A stretch of 64,000 nt of DNA from Antedon mediterranea. Taxonomy: Eukaryota; Animalia; Echinodermata. The notes under the pieces were generated by a model that made no database searches, was not told the DNA's origin, and saw only the letters and a program-made list of their open reading frames with translations. Shown one piece after another: positions 52,201 through 64,000 of this stretch (position 1 is its first letter; each line of letters opens with the position of its first letter). The translations under genes were made by a program, and so were the position numbers. The stretch lies in assembly GCF_964355755.1 (NCBI RefSeq), contig NC_092674.1, forward strand, positions 1,860,001 through 1,924,000, written 5' to 3'.

Positions 52201-55200
52201 GTTTATATATATGGAAGTATCGCATAGAAAGGGGGGGGGGGGCGCAAGTACACGACCCGTAAGAATCAAAGAGGACACAGAAAACATGCAAGTAACATTG
52301 TAAAGTTCATAAATAAAACATTATTTGTAAAACAGAATATAATTAAAAACATGCGGAATGTTAATGGGAATACATGCACAGTAGGGAAATTATTAAAAGA
52401 AGGAATATTATTCATGCAAATTTTATATACAGTATTTAATTTAAAGAAAATAAGAAGAATTAGTTATTGATGATGGTGCAAAGTGTTAGTGGATGGAGGA
52501 AAAAAAGAAAAAAAATGTATAATTGTTATTATATCAATGTTAAGATTTTTCACCACACGGTAAATGTGTATAATATTGTTATAACCCATTTAATATTCAT
52601 TTATGCTACTTGAATAACACATATTCATACAGTTGAAATTAAGAGACCCAAAGTCTCGAATTATATTAAAGACTTACAAGGAAGAACTTTAGAATAGAGT
52701 CAGAACACTTACAAAATTAGACGAAAGTTCTCCGTGCTTGACATGGTGAAAAATGTGTTTGTTGCTTTGAGACGCAGAGAGGCTAGCCCCAGACAATGTC
52801 GAGTCTCTGGTAAGCTGAATTAGACAATGGTGTATTAGACGTTAGTAAAACATTAATATAAAGCCCATTTTCCACTAGGAGAATTTGTTCGCGCGAGTCG
52901 AAAGCATCAGCTTATACGCATGCGTTGAGAGGGATTTGTCAGATGGAAACATTGATACGCATGCGTATAAGCTGACGCTTTCGATTCGCGCAAACAAATT
53001 CGCCTAGTGGAAAATCGGCTTAATGTAAATTATTTACCAAGGTAAGTTGGTGATTTACCTATCAACAGTTTAACGATATTAGTTCATGAAGTAGTTACTA
53101 ACATACGGGTAAATAACTAATCCTTAACTAAGAGTGCTCAACTGAAAAAAAAGTGGTTCTTTCTACGCAAATTGAAATGTATTCTGGGTAAAATCTGTGT
53201 AAATGCCATGATACCACGTACCACACAGTAAATCGACACATGTGAGTATCACGGAGCAGCTAATGCGTTATATCTACTATAAATCTGTGTAAATGCCATG
53301 ATACCACGTACCACACAGTAAATCGACACATGTGAGTATCACGGAGCAGCTAATGCGTTATATCTACTATAAATCTGTGTAAATGCCATGATACCACGTA
53401 CCACACAGTAAATCGACACATGTGAGTATCACGGAGCAGCTAATGCGTTATATCTACTATAAATCTGTGTAAATGCCATGATACCACGTACCACACAGTA
53501 AATCGACACATGTGAGTATCACGGAGCAGCTAATGCGTTATATCTACTATAAATCTGTGTAAATGCCATGATACCACGTACCACACAGTAAATTGACACA
53601 TGTGAGTATCACGGAGCAGCTAATGCGTTATATCTACTATAAATCTGTGTAAATGCCATGATACCACGTACCACACAGTAAATCGACACATGTGAGTATC
53701 ACGGAGTATATCTGCGTTCTGTCTACTATATAGTTTTATTCGTGCTTATATTTACAGTTTTTTTACAAAACTGACACAAAAATAATACAGTTTATCTAGC
53801 TTACCGGTGGTTGATTTTTAGCAGATAATATTATAACACTGTCTTCCTTTGGTAGCTGTCCTTCGATGGCTGTAGTAATCGAGCCACCGTCCAGAGGAGA
53901 AACCTCCGGATGACGACAAACCAAACTAGAAAAACAAATATTTGACGAATATGTATTGTTGACCGCTAGAATGGCACTGAATGTTAATATTAAAATTCAA
54001 TACGCCACCATAAATCTCTGTCTACACTATCCAAGTGTAGGCCTATGTGACAAGAAAGTGTAATTTGCCGAAAAATTGTAGTGATATGACATTATCATGT
54101 CCATATTTGGGCATGTCACATTTTTTTCACATAAAGTTTGATAGTGTAGACAGAGCTTATGTCAACGTTTAAAATATCCGACATACTTACCATGTTAGTC
54201 TATCCATTGCGTCCATTAAAGTGCCGTTAAACTTCATGATGGCTATATAAAGCGCATACATTACAAGTAAAATGATAGCTTCCCATATTTCAAACACACC
54301 ATCCCACGAGAATGCAATAAAGAGTACCACCGATATACCATAGAAGGTACTATCACGTATTAGGGGTCTCCAATCAAGATTCAAAACCTAAGAACAGACA
54401 GAGAGAAAATGTTATTTCAAAATTTAAAAAATGAGTTATTCCGACTAAAATATTGTCCGTTTTCTTAAACTCTGTTAACACTATCAAATTTTATGTGACA
54501 ACAAAATGCGATGTGCCCATATATGGACATGACGATGTCATATCACTACCATATTAAGCATATCACTACCATATTTGGGCACATCAAACTTTTCTGTCAA
54601 ACTGGTTTGATAGTGTAGACAGAGCTTTACAAATGATAAAAATGCTCCAAATATGATTACTATACTACTAACCTTGCCAGCAAGTACAGCAGTAAGAGCT
54701 ATGATAATAAGAATATTGAATACTGCTGAGCCTACGATGGTGCCGACGCCCACGTCACTATCGACGCTCACTCCCGCAATGGACGTGAACAGCTCAGGCG
54801 CTGACGAACCAGCAGCCATGAACGTTGCCCCGGCAACATCTTCCGACAACTCAAGTTTCTCCGATATGGCTTCCAATGACGGTACAAAGAAATCGTCACA
54901 TATGATGGCAAGAGCTATTAATGGAAAAGGAAATCATAACATTATTTAAAGTTGGACCACTTTTAAGCTTTGTATACATTATCAAAAATGTGCTCAAATA
55001 TGGTAGTGATATGACATCATGTCTATATTATATAGGCACATCACATTTTGTTGTCGCATAAAATTTGATAGTGTCGACAGAGCTTAAATTTATCAGACTT
55101 TATGATTCAATTTTTGGAAATGAAAACGTTTCAAGCCCTCATTCATGGACAGTCTGAATTAAATTCTTACCAATAAAAAGTACCAATATGAGCAATGCAT

Positions 55201-56396
55201 AAAATATTACAAATAAATATGGAAAGTGTTCCGTTTCGTAGTCGCATTGTTCCCAGACAGCTACATTGGCGGTGGAGTTTTCTGACGTCGAGAGAAGTTG
55301 GCGAGAAAAGTATGTCGATTCTGTGTAACAAAAAAAATACAATTTCAAACGTAGGCTATAAATGGAAGATATATATAAACGTCAAAACAATGGCGTACAT
55401 TAATGAAATGATTGTTTGCAGGGGTTGATAGGAACAGAAAAACGTTTGTTGCGTACGTTTCTAAAAACATTTTTTTTTAACTTGTACGTATTTTAATTAA
55501 ATTTCACCAATTTCACGGCTGTCGATTTTAGCCTTTCGCTACAGAAATGTTCCTAATTACATGAAAACCGACGCCGAAGTGTTGCCATAGTTCGAGTTGA
55601 TTACACAATGAACGTGGATGCATTACGAAGAAAACACTATTATTACCAAACTACAAAGAAGACCTAATTAGAGATTTTTTTTCGAAAAAACTAAGTCAGA
55701 GAAGACTGTTGACATTCGTGCAGTCGTAAGCCTAGCTACCACGTACATGTCCATTCACCTGCTACCAATGCAAACTAATTAAACAGCTGTAAAACGTTCA
55801 TATGTTGACATTGCTATAAACATTATTACACCTTTTACCACGTTTTTCTGCTTTATTATTAACTTTTATTATAAATTTCTACCAATATCAACTTAGTTTG
55901 ACAAAAAAAATTGTATTTGCCTAAATATGGTAGTGATATGACATCATCATGTCCATATATGGCCACATCACATTTTTTGTATCAAAGTTTGATAATGTAG
56001 ACAGAGCTTAACTGCTTTTCGTGTATATTGCTTGTTTATTGTTTTTTGTAATTGTCTATCTATGATTTTGACCAAATAAATTGAACGAATATTAGTTTCC
56101 AAGTAATTAACCTAGTTGTTTAATATATTGATGCGAAAAGAATTTATTTATAATGATATAAAATTAATAACCGAAATATCTTTATAATATTTATAACCAA
56201 ACGTACCCTCATGTTGGTATTGAGACGATGATACCAATTTGGCACACGCTATGGAGGATGTGAAGAATACAGCAAGTGTAATAGTCATCCGTAACAACCA
56301 GCGCTTCCCCGCCGCCGACGAAGCCACCGCCGCACCCTGATGACGACGACGACGCGGAAACCACCTGGGTCGGGCGCCAACATGTATATCGTCCAT
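49085..56396 (-). CDS. SLC24A-like: Potassium-dependent sodium/calcium exchanger (NCKX, SLC24 family), 11 coding exons, 716 aa
   Basis: Exons 56207-56396, 55171-55320, 54673-54914, 54191-54387, 53805-53925, 52713-52814, 51764-52192, 51213-51403, 50489-50642, 49991-50158, 49085-49291. Phases are consistent and the total is 2151 nt. Alpha-1 repeat [11 protein letters not shown]...[20 protein letters not shown]...[10 protein letters not shown]; alpha-2 repeat GTSVPD...[14 protein letters not shown], with the NCKX-type Asp retained. The specific vertebrate paralogue cannot be assigned. Confidence 0.95.
49991..50158 (-). CDS. NCKX coding exon 10 (alpha-2 repeat)
   Basis: [37 protein letters not shown]. 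Confidence 0.95.
50188..50375. mobile_element. Palindromic MITE-like element in an NCKX intron
   Basis: gcaaacgtcacgacgcgtacgtaca ... tgtacgtacgcgttgtgacgtttgc with outer atcgcaaata / tatttgcgat. Confidence 0.65.
50489..50642 (-). CDS. NCKX coding exon 9
   Basis: [22 protein letters not shown]...[13 protein letters not shown]. Confidence 0.94.
51213..51403 (-). CDS. NCKX coding exon 8
   Basis: DEEPTLKP...[22 protein letters not shown]. Confidence 0.92.
51764..52192 (-). CDS. NCKX coding exon 7 (cytoplasmic loop)
   Basis: [23 protein letters not shown]...SADSKKE; open, GC-richer than its flanks, phase 0-0. Confidence 0.82.
52713..52814 (-). CDS. NCKX coding exon 6 (cytoplasmic loop)
   Basis: [34 protein letters not shown]; ttcag acceptor, gtaagt donor, phase 0-0. 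Confidence 0.8.
52862..53020. mobile_element. Palindromic Harbinger-type MITE
   Basis: AGCCcATTTTCCACTAGG ... CCTAGTGGAAAATCGGCT, near fully self-complementary, TAA flanks. Confidence 0.82.
53191..53730. repeat. Tandem repeat, 90 bp x6, in an NCKX intron
   Basis: Unit aaatctgtgtaaatgccatgataccacg...tatctactat. Confidence 0.97.
53805..53925 (-). CDS. NCKX coding exon 5 (cytoplasmic loop)
   Basis: [40 protein letters not shown]; needed to convert phase 2 to phase 0. Confidence 0.85.
54191..54387 (-). CDS. NCKX coding exon 4
   Basis: [16 protein letters not shown]...[11 protein letters not shown]. Confidence 0.94.
54673..54914 (-). CDS. NCKX coding exon 3 (alpha-1 repeat)
   Basis: [42 protein letters not shown]. 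Confidence 0.95.
55171..55320 (-). CDS. NCKX coding exon 2
   Basis: [10 protein letters not shown]...[18 protein letters not shown]; phase 1-1. Confidence 0.88.
56207..56396 (-). CDS. NCKX first coding exon
   Basis: Strong acceptor tttctttcag 2 nt before the ATG; [18 protein letters not shown] followed by a hydrophobic segment. Confidence 0.8.
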
Positions 56397-58449
56397 TACT
56401 GAAAGAAAAAAAATGACGTAAATATTCAAACATCAAAAACTGTTGAAAATCAAACACACAATTACAAACATGATAAATCATTTTTCCAAATTACAAACAA
56501 ATACACACATTCGTTTCGTCATCTTCCTTGACGACGCAAAGAAAATTCTAATAAAAATAAAAAAACAGGATTAATCCTTGACATTACAGACGTCACACGT
56601 TCATAATTTTATCAAATTAATTACATGTTTTAGAGAACACAAACATAATTCAGATAACATGAAGCGTCTAAAACTGTTTTCGAAATATACGCGAGTGAAA
56701 ATTATTCTAGTTATCTCTCAATCGATTCTGTAGTGTTTATTAACTCATTCAATTAATTCTACGAAACATGAGAATTGCTCCTCCTCAACATCGCAGAGAC
56801 TTAATTGAATTAAAATTAAGTTGTAGCAACACACTTACGCGTTTCAGGTTTAAGTAATTACCTATGGTAACTATAGATAGGTCTATTCTGACAACACGCC
56901 GTGGTAAAACCTGAAATACACTGGGCCTAGACAAACATGTTCTAAAAATACGCAACATAAACTAACGTAAGAACAGAGCACTGTATTCAATCATAGAGAT
57001 ATTGTTCACTATAATATCTCTATGATTCAATCCAAAAGTATCTACTACACTGTATAAATATTTCGAGGTAATCTTTTAAAACAATGCATTAGCAAACTAC
57101 TTATACACACATTATTCAGTGATGTTGCCTTATACAAAATCAATAACGGTAAAGTCATTATCTAACATTAAATACTAATTAATTTATCCTTCATAAATAA
57201 TGACGATAATCACGAAGAATTGATGTTACAAGATTATAATTACCAACTGGTGCGCTTAAAAAACAAGATTTTGTGAGACATTGAATAAATACACTTACGT
57301 ATTAGTTCGGATGATGTATCGAGAGTTCTAAATATATTCAGTTTTAAATACTAACTATTTAGGCCCGTAAGTTTGTATTCAATTATAATATTAAGAATGT
57401 TTTAACAGATGTATTGTCCCCAAAAAATATGTTTCTATCATTAAATACTAACTTCGAAAAAAATTATGATTTCATTCACCAAACGAACTAACTTTTTCAC
57501 TCAACTAATTCTAAATATCATTCGGTAGATACATTTTGAAATCAAATTATAACGAACTTAAAGAATTGGATTACAAGAATATAACGAAATTCACTAATTA
57601 AACTGAAACACATCAATGACAAGGAAATTAATCATCGACCACACGATACAACCAAATTAATTAATTAATTATATTCAGTATCAAACAAGTAACAATAACA
57701 GTTTACAACTGAATGCAAAGTTTTATTATCACAATAGCTGCAGAATGCTGTGATTTTTTAGAATAAATGAAAAACTGGTACTACTATTATAAAAACCCTA
57801 CAAAAGGTTAACGTATAATAAATAAAGAAAAAAAAGCAGAAATTAAAACAAACAAACTACACGTGCTATTGTAGTATTAGAATGTTTTGATATTTTTCAA
57901 CGTACTAAACATATTATTTCAAAATACTTGGTCTTATTTGTAGCCATGTGTGTTTACACTTGTTGACTAGGTTCATCAAAATGTTGTTAATGTTAAACTT
58001 GAGCATTGAAGTCCAATGCTCAAGTTTAACCTGAATCTGACCCGTAATTCCATGTACATTTTATTTTTAAAATTTTACGATTTTCATTGAATGAATCAAG
58101 TTAATTTCAGATATTTAGGCAAATAATGACCCCAACACTCGAACTATCATGATAATATTAAACTACTAAGTAGTCTACAAACAAGAAGATTAAGTCGAAC
58201 CAGGAAAAAAAACAAAAGCAAAAGAATAGACCCATTGTTAAATGTCCTCGCCTTTCCGTAAGATGATCGCCTCAAATGAAGAGGGTATACGTCACAGTGT
58301 TAGTTATGCCCTGCTAATTAATCCTGTCCTGTTGAACTGAAATTAATATCTTGCTTGCCCTTTTGGAATAATTAATTTCTCCTCAAAACATCCTAATTTT
58401 CCCATCCTAAATCTATTGTTTCATTACACATTACCAAACGGAATATTAA

Positions 58450-58763
58450 AGATGTATTCTCCCCAGAAAAAAATAATTATTAAAAATTTTTTTTTTTAAT
58501 ATGCCATTTAAATTTCATATAATAGTTATTCACTTTGACCAAAAATTAGATTAAAAAAAATTGTAATTTAAAGCAAAAAACAGTCAAATTGGCTGCCAGA
58601 AAATGAATTTTTGGTTGAATTTAACCATTTATTTTGTAATTTTTAAAGGGAAACATAATTTGTTTTCATTTTTTTTCTAAAGAAGTGATTAACTTTATTA
58701 AAACTACAAAAATAACCTATTCAACGTCTGATTTAATTAATCGTTTTGGGAGACAATACATCT
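58450..58763. mobile_element. Kolobok-like non-autonomous element
   Basis: TIR AGATGTATT.TC.CC with TTAA-like flanks; related ends at ~49394 and ~57407. Confidence 0.6.
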
Positions 58764-60014
58764 TAAGTCAATAAATCCACACACAGTGATCTCAAAGTTG
58801 ATTTACTGTAGGCCATGGACAGTAGGCCTACTACTACCGAGGCCTACTAAAAACAGTGCAAATTCGTAATACATACAGATATGTATTGAGCTTTACATAT
58901 TTACAACCGTCTGATCTTAGCCTACCTGTTTAAATTCAGGCTATGTTTCCATCATTTACTTTTCAATAAATAAATGATATCAATGACATCTTAACAACGT
59001 TCTACGTAGCCCGATTAAGAAAGTCCAGTGCAGCTTCACCGTAATTAAGTTTCCACTGTCAAATGCACTACATCCGTGGCTTAAAGTTCGCACGAAACCG
59101 GATGTACACCTCAAGACGTGTTTGTAACCAGAGGTTCTCTAGCTTCCAATGTAATTTTAATCATCCCGATACATAAATCATGATCGATGATTTGAATCTA
59201 GGCCTATAGCATAAATCTTAATCGAAGAATCCATTTTACCCTTACCATGGCTACGAAAACAACAAATCAGGCCATAGAAGAATCGGCAGTCTATGTTCGT
59301 TACGCAGCAGTGATTCGTAACAACAAAGCCTTATTAGCTGTGACGTAACGCTTAGGTTAGGCAAAATTGGTACATGAATTCATTGTTAATACTACAGCGA
59401 ATACTTAGCCTAGTGTAGGCTTACTTATATCTAAAGGCGGTTGTGGTATAATAATATTAATAGGCCTAATAATATCTATCGACAGACAACATAGAGGCCT
59501 CCTACATAGTGGCACTCAATATATGAAAAGTGCGCACTTAAAACGTAAAAAATGTTACAAGTCACAACCAATTTATAATTAAAACAACCAATTTATATTA
59601 AAATTCTGAATACAACTCACTGCAGGTGAGCATGTCCCAAGTATTAAGTGTTAAACTTAGGCGCGCACTTCGGTTTCGTTCAATCCTTCCTTTCAGTTGG
59701 TAAAATAATCTAGGGCCTACCTAATGTAGGCCGAGGCCTAGGCCTATGATTACAGTAGGCGCCTACGGTCTAGGCCTAGGCCTAATTGCTATTTAAGAAA
59801 ATATAATTATTTTATCTACTGTAGCTGTGTTGTATTCAAAATGTATTCGTTATTTAACATCAATCACAGACCAAGCCCGGCCTAATAAAAGTTATTGAAT
59901 TCCATTGGTTTTCACAAAAAAAAGGAAAATACGATTAAAACAATAATTAATAACTATACAATATAAAAATAAAATAAACATCAACACTCTTAAGCCTGTG
60001 CCTATTATACTTAC

Positions 60015-60066
60015 CATCAATCTATCCATCCCCCTTTTCAAAGACTACATGTTGGAATTGAACTGA
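60015..60066 (-). promoter_or_regulatory. Candidate NCKX transcription start and non-coding first exon
   Basis: Inr-like TCAGTT (60066-60061), then ATG|gtaagt donor 50 nt downstream, then an AGGCCT cluster. Confidence 0.35.
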
Positions 60067-61177
60067 CTGCTGTGTGGTGTGTGCTGTGAGTTTACAAATT
60101 ATTCCATTCGAAAAATACGCGCGGTTTTGTTGTCATGTAAAAACGTCCCTCCAAACACAGATCGCACAATATTAACGCGCACACGTAACCATGTATTTGG
60201 CGTAATTGTGCTTAAGAAGCGCGGTTCCCAATAGAGACGCAAATTGACGTACGCGCAACGCAAGCGAGTTGACCAATGACAAGCCACTGTGCGACTGCCG
60301 TCGTTGCGTAGCTCTAGTGGGAACCAATATTTAGGATTTAACGCAACGTAAGTATTTGATCAATCACACCGATGACTTATTCGAACAGTGTCGCTCGTCA
60401 ATTGGGTAACTCACTTGCGTTGCGTCTCTTCTGGTGGGAACCAAGTTTCGGAAAGGACGTAGTTAGTGAAGAATAACATTGATATGATAATTACTTACAT
60501 TACGATGCAAATTGTACTGTGCACAGCAGCAGCAATTATTAAAATCTCCTTCCCTCTTAGACTGAAGGCCCAACAAGAAAATAAATTCTCTTAAACGTTC
60601 TTTATATGTACAACCTGCATGAATTAGTTAGACCCTCCATTCTACAACAAACTTTAGAATAATTGATTTGTCTTCTCATCGATAATTAAGATTGTACAAT
60701 TAACCTTGTAGTCCTTTGTCATGTTGCTATGGAACGTTTGTATAAGAAATAGACAAGAGACCATGATAAAACGTTTGTATGCTTTGGTCCTACAAAACGT
60801 ATGTAATACAAGGACTCGTCTTTCTTGACCGTAAAAAAATATTTTATGTTTTATTTTCGTTTGAAATAGGTTAATGTATGTCATTATCAACGGAATTCAA
60901 TCAGGAACCGTGAAAACACAAACACTTTTTGTTTGTCTATTATCCAATTGTGTGTCCAAAAAAATCAGAATTGGTTGCTGTCCGGACTAAATTGACTGCA
61001 TAAAGGCGAATCGAACGGAACCGTGCCGGAGCAGGTGTGTTAAGACCCGACATTGTCTCATCGGACAATAATTCAACCTAATTATTGTAAAATATTAATG
61101 CACACACAACTGTCATACAATATCAAGTTCATCATTTTGTGGGATGTAAGGTTAACACTCCTTAATCTGTTTAAGTA

Positions 61178-62506
61178 TAGCCTGGGTGCAGTACAAATTT
61201 TGCGGGAAAAAAGTATAGGAAAATTTTTTTCTTTTTTTTCTGATAGAGTATACCATATAGAATGGCAGAAAAAAAATCCCCATCCCAGGGTCTTGGGGAA
61301 AATTTTTTACGGCACTTTTAAATTTTGGCCTATATAACACACACAAATGCCTATTAACACACACAAATACCTATATATAGGGGATAGGGAAAACCAATTC
61401 ACATTTTTTTTTACTTGGAGTTGTGTTATGATGATTAAAATTTGCTGAGGCTTACTTTTATAACTACTTCTTATAGTAGTTGATAAATCGAGTCGATAAC
61501 AATGACATCATCATGCCAGAATCCAATATGGCGTCCAATTTGGCGGAAAAAACAGGGCATTGCTAAACCCCCGAAAACCCTTGCAAACCTAAAAAAAAGC
61601 ATAGCAAACCCCACCGAACCAACATAAAAGTGATTGAATCATATAGTGTACGACCCACTGGGTATATCCATGTTAAAAAAAAAATTAAATTTCTACTGTT
61701 AACTACTTATTTTTGGGATAAAACATCATTTTTTGGTCAAAAATGATTGCTAAACCCTGCAAACCTCCAAAAAAACATAGCAAACCCCACCAAACCAACA
61801 TAATAAAAGTGATTGAATCATGTAGTGTACGACCCACTGGGTATATCCATGTTTTAAAAAAATAAAATTTCTACTGTTAACTACTTATTTTTAGGGTAAA
61901 ACATCATTTTTTGGTAAAAAATGATTGCTAATTTTTAACCAAAAAATGATGTTTTATCCCCAAAATAAGTAGTTAACAGTAGAAATTTTAATTTTTTTTT
62001 AGATGGACATACCCAGTGGTTCGTACACTCCATGATTCAATCACTTTTATGTCGGTTCGGTGGGGTTTTCTATGTTTTTTTTTTAGGTTTCCAGGGGTTT
62101 GCGGGGGTTTAGCAATACCCTGTTTTTCCCGCCAAATTGGACGCCATATTGGATTCTGGCATGATGATGTCATCGTATCGACTTGATTCATCAACTACTA
62201 TGAGAAGTAGTTATTAAAGTAAGCCTCTACTAATTTTAATCATTAAAACACAACTGCAAGTAACAAAAACTGTTAATTGATTTTCCCTATCCCCTATATA
62301 TAGGTATTTGTGTATGTTAATAGGAATTTGTGTGTGTTATATAGGCCAAAATTTAAAAGTGCCAAAAAAAAATTTCCCCAAGACCCTGGGATGGGGATTT
62401 TTTTTCGGACATTCTATATGGTATACTCTATTAGAAAAACCCCAAAAAAATTTTCCTATACTTTTTTCCCGCAAATGTGTATAATAATTGTTCTGCACCC
62501 AGGCTA
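61178..62506. mobile_element. Academ-like foldback element
   Basis: Termini TAGCCTGGGTGCAG / CTGCACCCAGGCTA; 3-bp TSD GTA; ~570-bp inverted arms around a ~10-bp centre (~61921-61931); ~180-bp duplication in the left arm. Confidence 0.85.
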
Positions 62507-63298
62507 GTAAGGTGTTTACAAAGGGTACAATATTTACAAAAGACCTATAGAAATCAGGTAACACTTGAAACATTAATGATCAACAATAAAACGTATGATA
62601 ATCCGGCACTTAGCACGGGGTTGTGAAACGGCTCTTTTCAATCAGGATGGGGGTCATCAACAATTTAGCACGACGCATACCAGTGAACTAAATATATATA
62701 AATAATTGAAAAAATAAAATGTCCTTATCCGCACAAACTCATCGAAATGTGAATTATTTTATCTCGAAATGTGAATTATTTTATCATTTTGATGAACACC
62801 GCCCTCACACTCACTATGTACTCAAGACGGTGATAGAAGGTTTGCACGCATTGGTGTGTATAGAATCATAATTTTCAGATTAAACTGGATTTTTTTAAAC
62901 ATTTTTGCACTATACGTATTTTTTGTTTACAAATTACGGAATTAGTAAGGTAAGAATATAGGTAAAATCATACACTGGTGGTTGGTATACTATGTTTTGT
63001 AATAATTAAATGTTCCGACTTATGTAACATTACTCGATCAAGACATTGACCTTTGGAATACCCACCAGCTGAGAGGTGACGGTGCATTATGATCATGAAC
63101 TACACAGGTTGAGAGAGAGGTGCAAAAATGGATCAATTATCCTTACAATAGAAAGTGCTTTTAAACGTCATTTATATTGACTAATTTTTGGCCTACTAGT
63201 ATTAAATGTTTTGAAAATTGTTTTTTCCAAGATAATCTATAGGCCCACACACAAATAAAAATAAACATTTTTTTTTATTTTGGCAGCTAGGAAACAGA

Positions 63299-63715
63299 AT
63301 GGTATCTCTTAAAGGAAGCATTTGCATTGTCACTGGTGCAACAAGAGGAATAGGTAAAGGAATTGCCTTGCAACTTGGACAAGCTGGAGCAACTGTTTAT
63401 ATAACAGGTCAGATACAGGATTTTAAAATAGTGGGTGAGGGGGAAAGACCAAAAAGAGCTAAACCTAACATACATAGACTAATTTTCTATCTTTTCCTAA
63501 TTGCATTGTAATTTGTAGGGTTGTCCCTGCTCCGACACCCCCCCCCCCCCAACACCCAGACACACATATATACTGTACACATAATACTTCAATTAAATTG
63601 CATGTACAGTACCAGTTGATTTTACTGTTTATTGCCTTTCTTCCTTACAGGTCGCACTCTTGACCCTAAACCTGGATGTTCTGTTGGTGGATCCCTAAAA
63701 GAAACCGCAACTGAG
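63299..63715 (+). CDS. DHRS1: Short-chain dehydrogenase/reductase, DHRS1-like; 5' part only, continues beyond the window
   Basis: Exons 63299-63407 (MVSLKGSICIVTGATRGIGKGIALQLGQAGATVYITG) and 63651-63715 (RTLDPKPGCSVGGSLKETATE). TGxxxGIG Rossmann motif plus the DHRS1-typical GIALQL..AGATVYITGR. An acceptor at 63286 implies an upstream non-coding exon (candidate donor near 62950). Confidence 0.88.
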
Positions 63716-64000
63716 GTATGTCCTAAGATTTATTATAGAGCTTATATATAGGGTGCAAACTCTCAAAGTCATTCCCAACAAGGCAGAAATCTGTTCAAAA
63801 ATGTAATAGCGGTAAATTAGAACTTAATAACAGAACATATCAGCACTTTCTGAACTGCATAAACATTGTAGTTCAGCCTCCAGCCAAACTATTTAAGCTC
63901 TTTTGTCATAATAACCCCAGTTGCAATTAACAAATTACATCCGGTAATAATTTTTACAATTACTAAAGCTTTGTCTACACTATCAAACTTTAAATGACAA

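Noticed and set aside
61053-62573. Mirror-image ORF pairs
   Set aside because: They are an artefact of the palindromic foldback element.

Overview
This is AT-rich eukaryotic DNA with GT-AG introns, not prokaryotic. It is probably from a marine invertebrate: Deu/Nin-domain SINE relics and an alpha9/10-type nAChR fit an echinoderm-like deuterostome, but the taxon is an unverified inference. I reconstructed three protein-coding genes by hand. (1) A complete 8-exon nicotinic acetylcholine receptor alpha subunit, alpha9/alpha10-like (minus strand, 45215->28755, 479 aa), with loop C FSCC instead of YxCC. (2) A complete 11-coding-exon K+-dependent Na+/Ca2+ exchanger, SLC24/NCKX (minus strand, 56396->49085, 716 aa). 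(3) The first two coding exons of a DHRS1-like SDR (plus strand, from 63299). The first ~20 kb has no recognisable protein gene. It holds a tandem segmental duplication with copy-specific minisatellites and a copy-specific Helitron-like insertion. At ~15.7-23.3 kb there is a candidate spliced non-coding transcript whose largest exon is a tandem array of stem-loops. Non-autonomous transposons are dense throughout: Harbinger-type MITEs, a Tc1/pogo MITE, a Kolobok-like element, a nested element with a 5-bp TSD and a 1.3-kb Academ-like foldback. There is no CRISPR array, rRNA or intact tRNA gene. I cannot establish a novel biological system; the hairpin-repeat transcript and the altered nAChR are the best leads. 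Coordinates were counted by eye and repeat ends may be off by a few bases.
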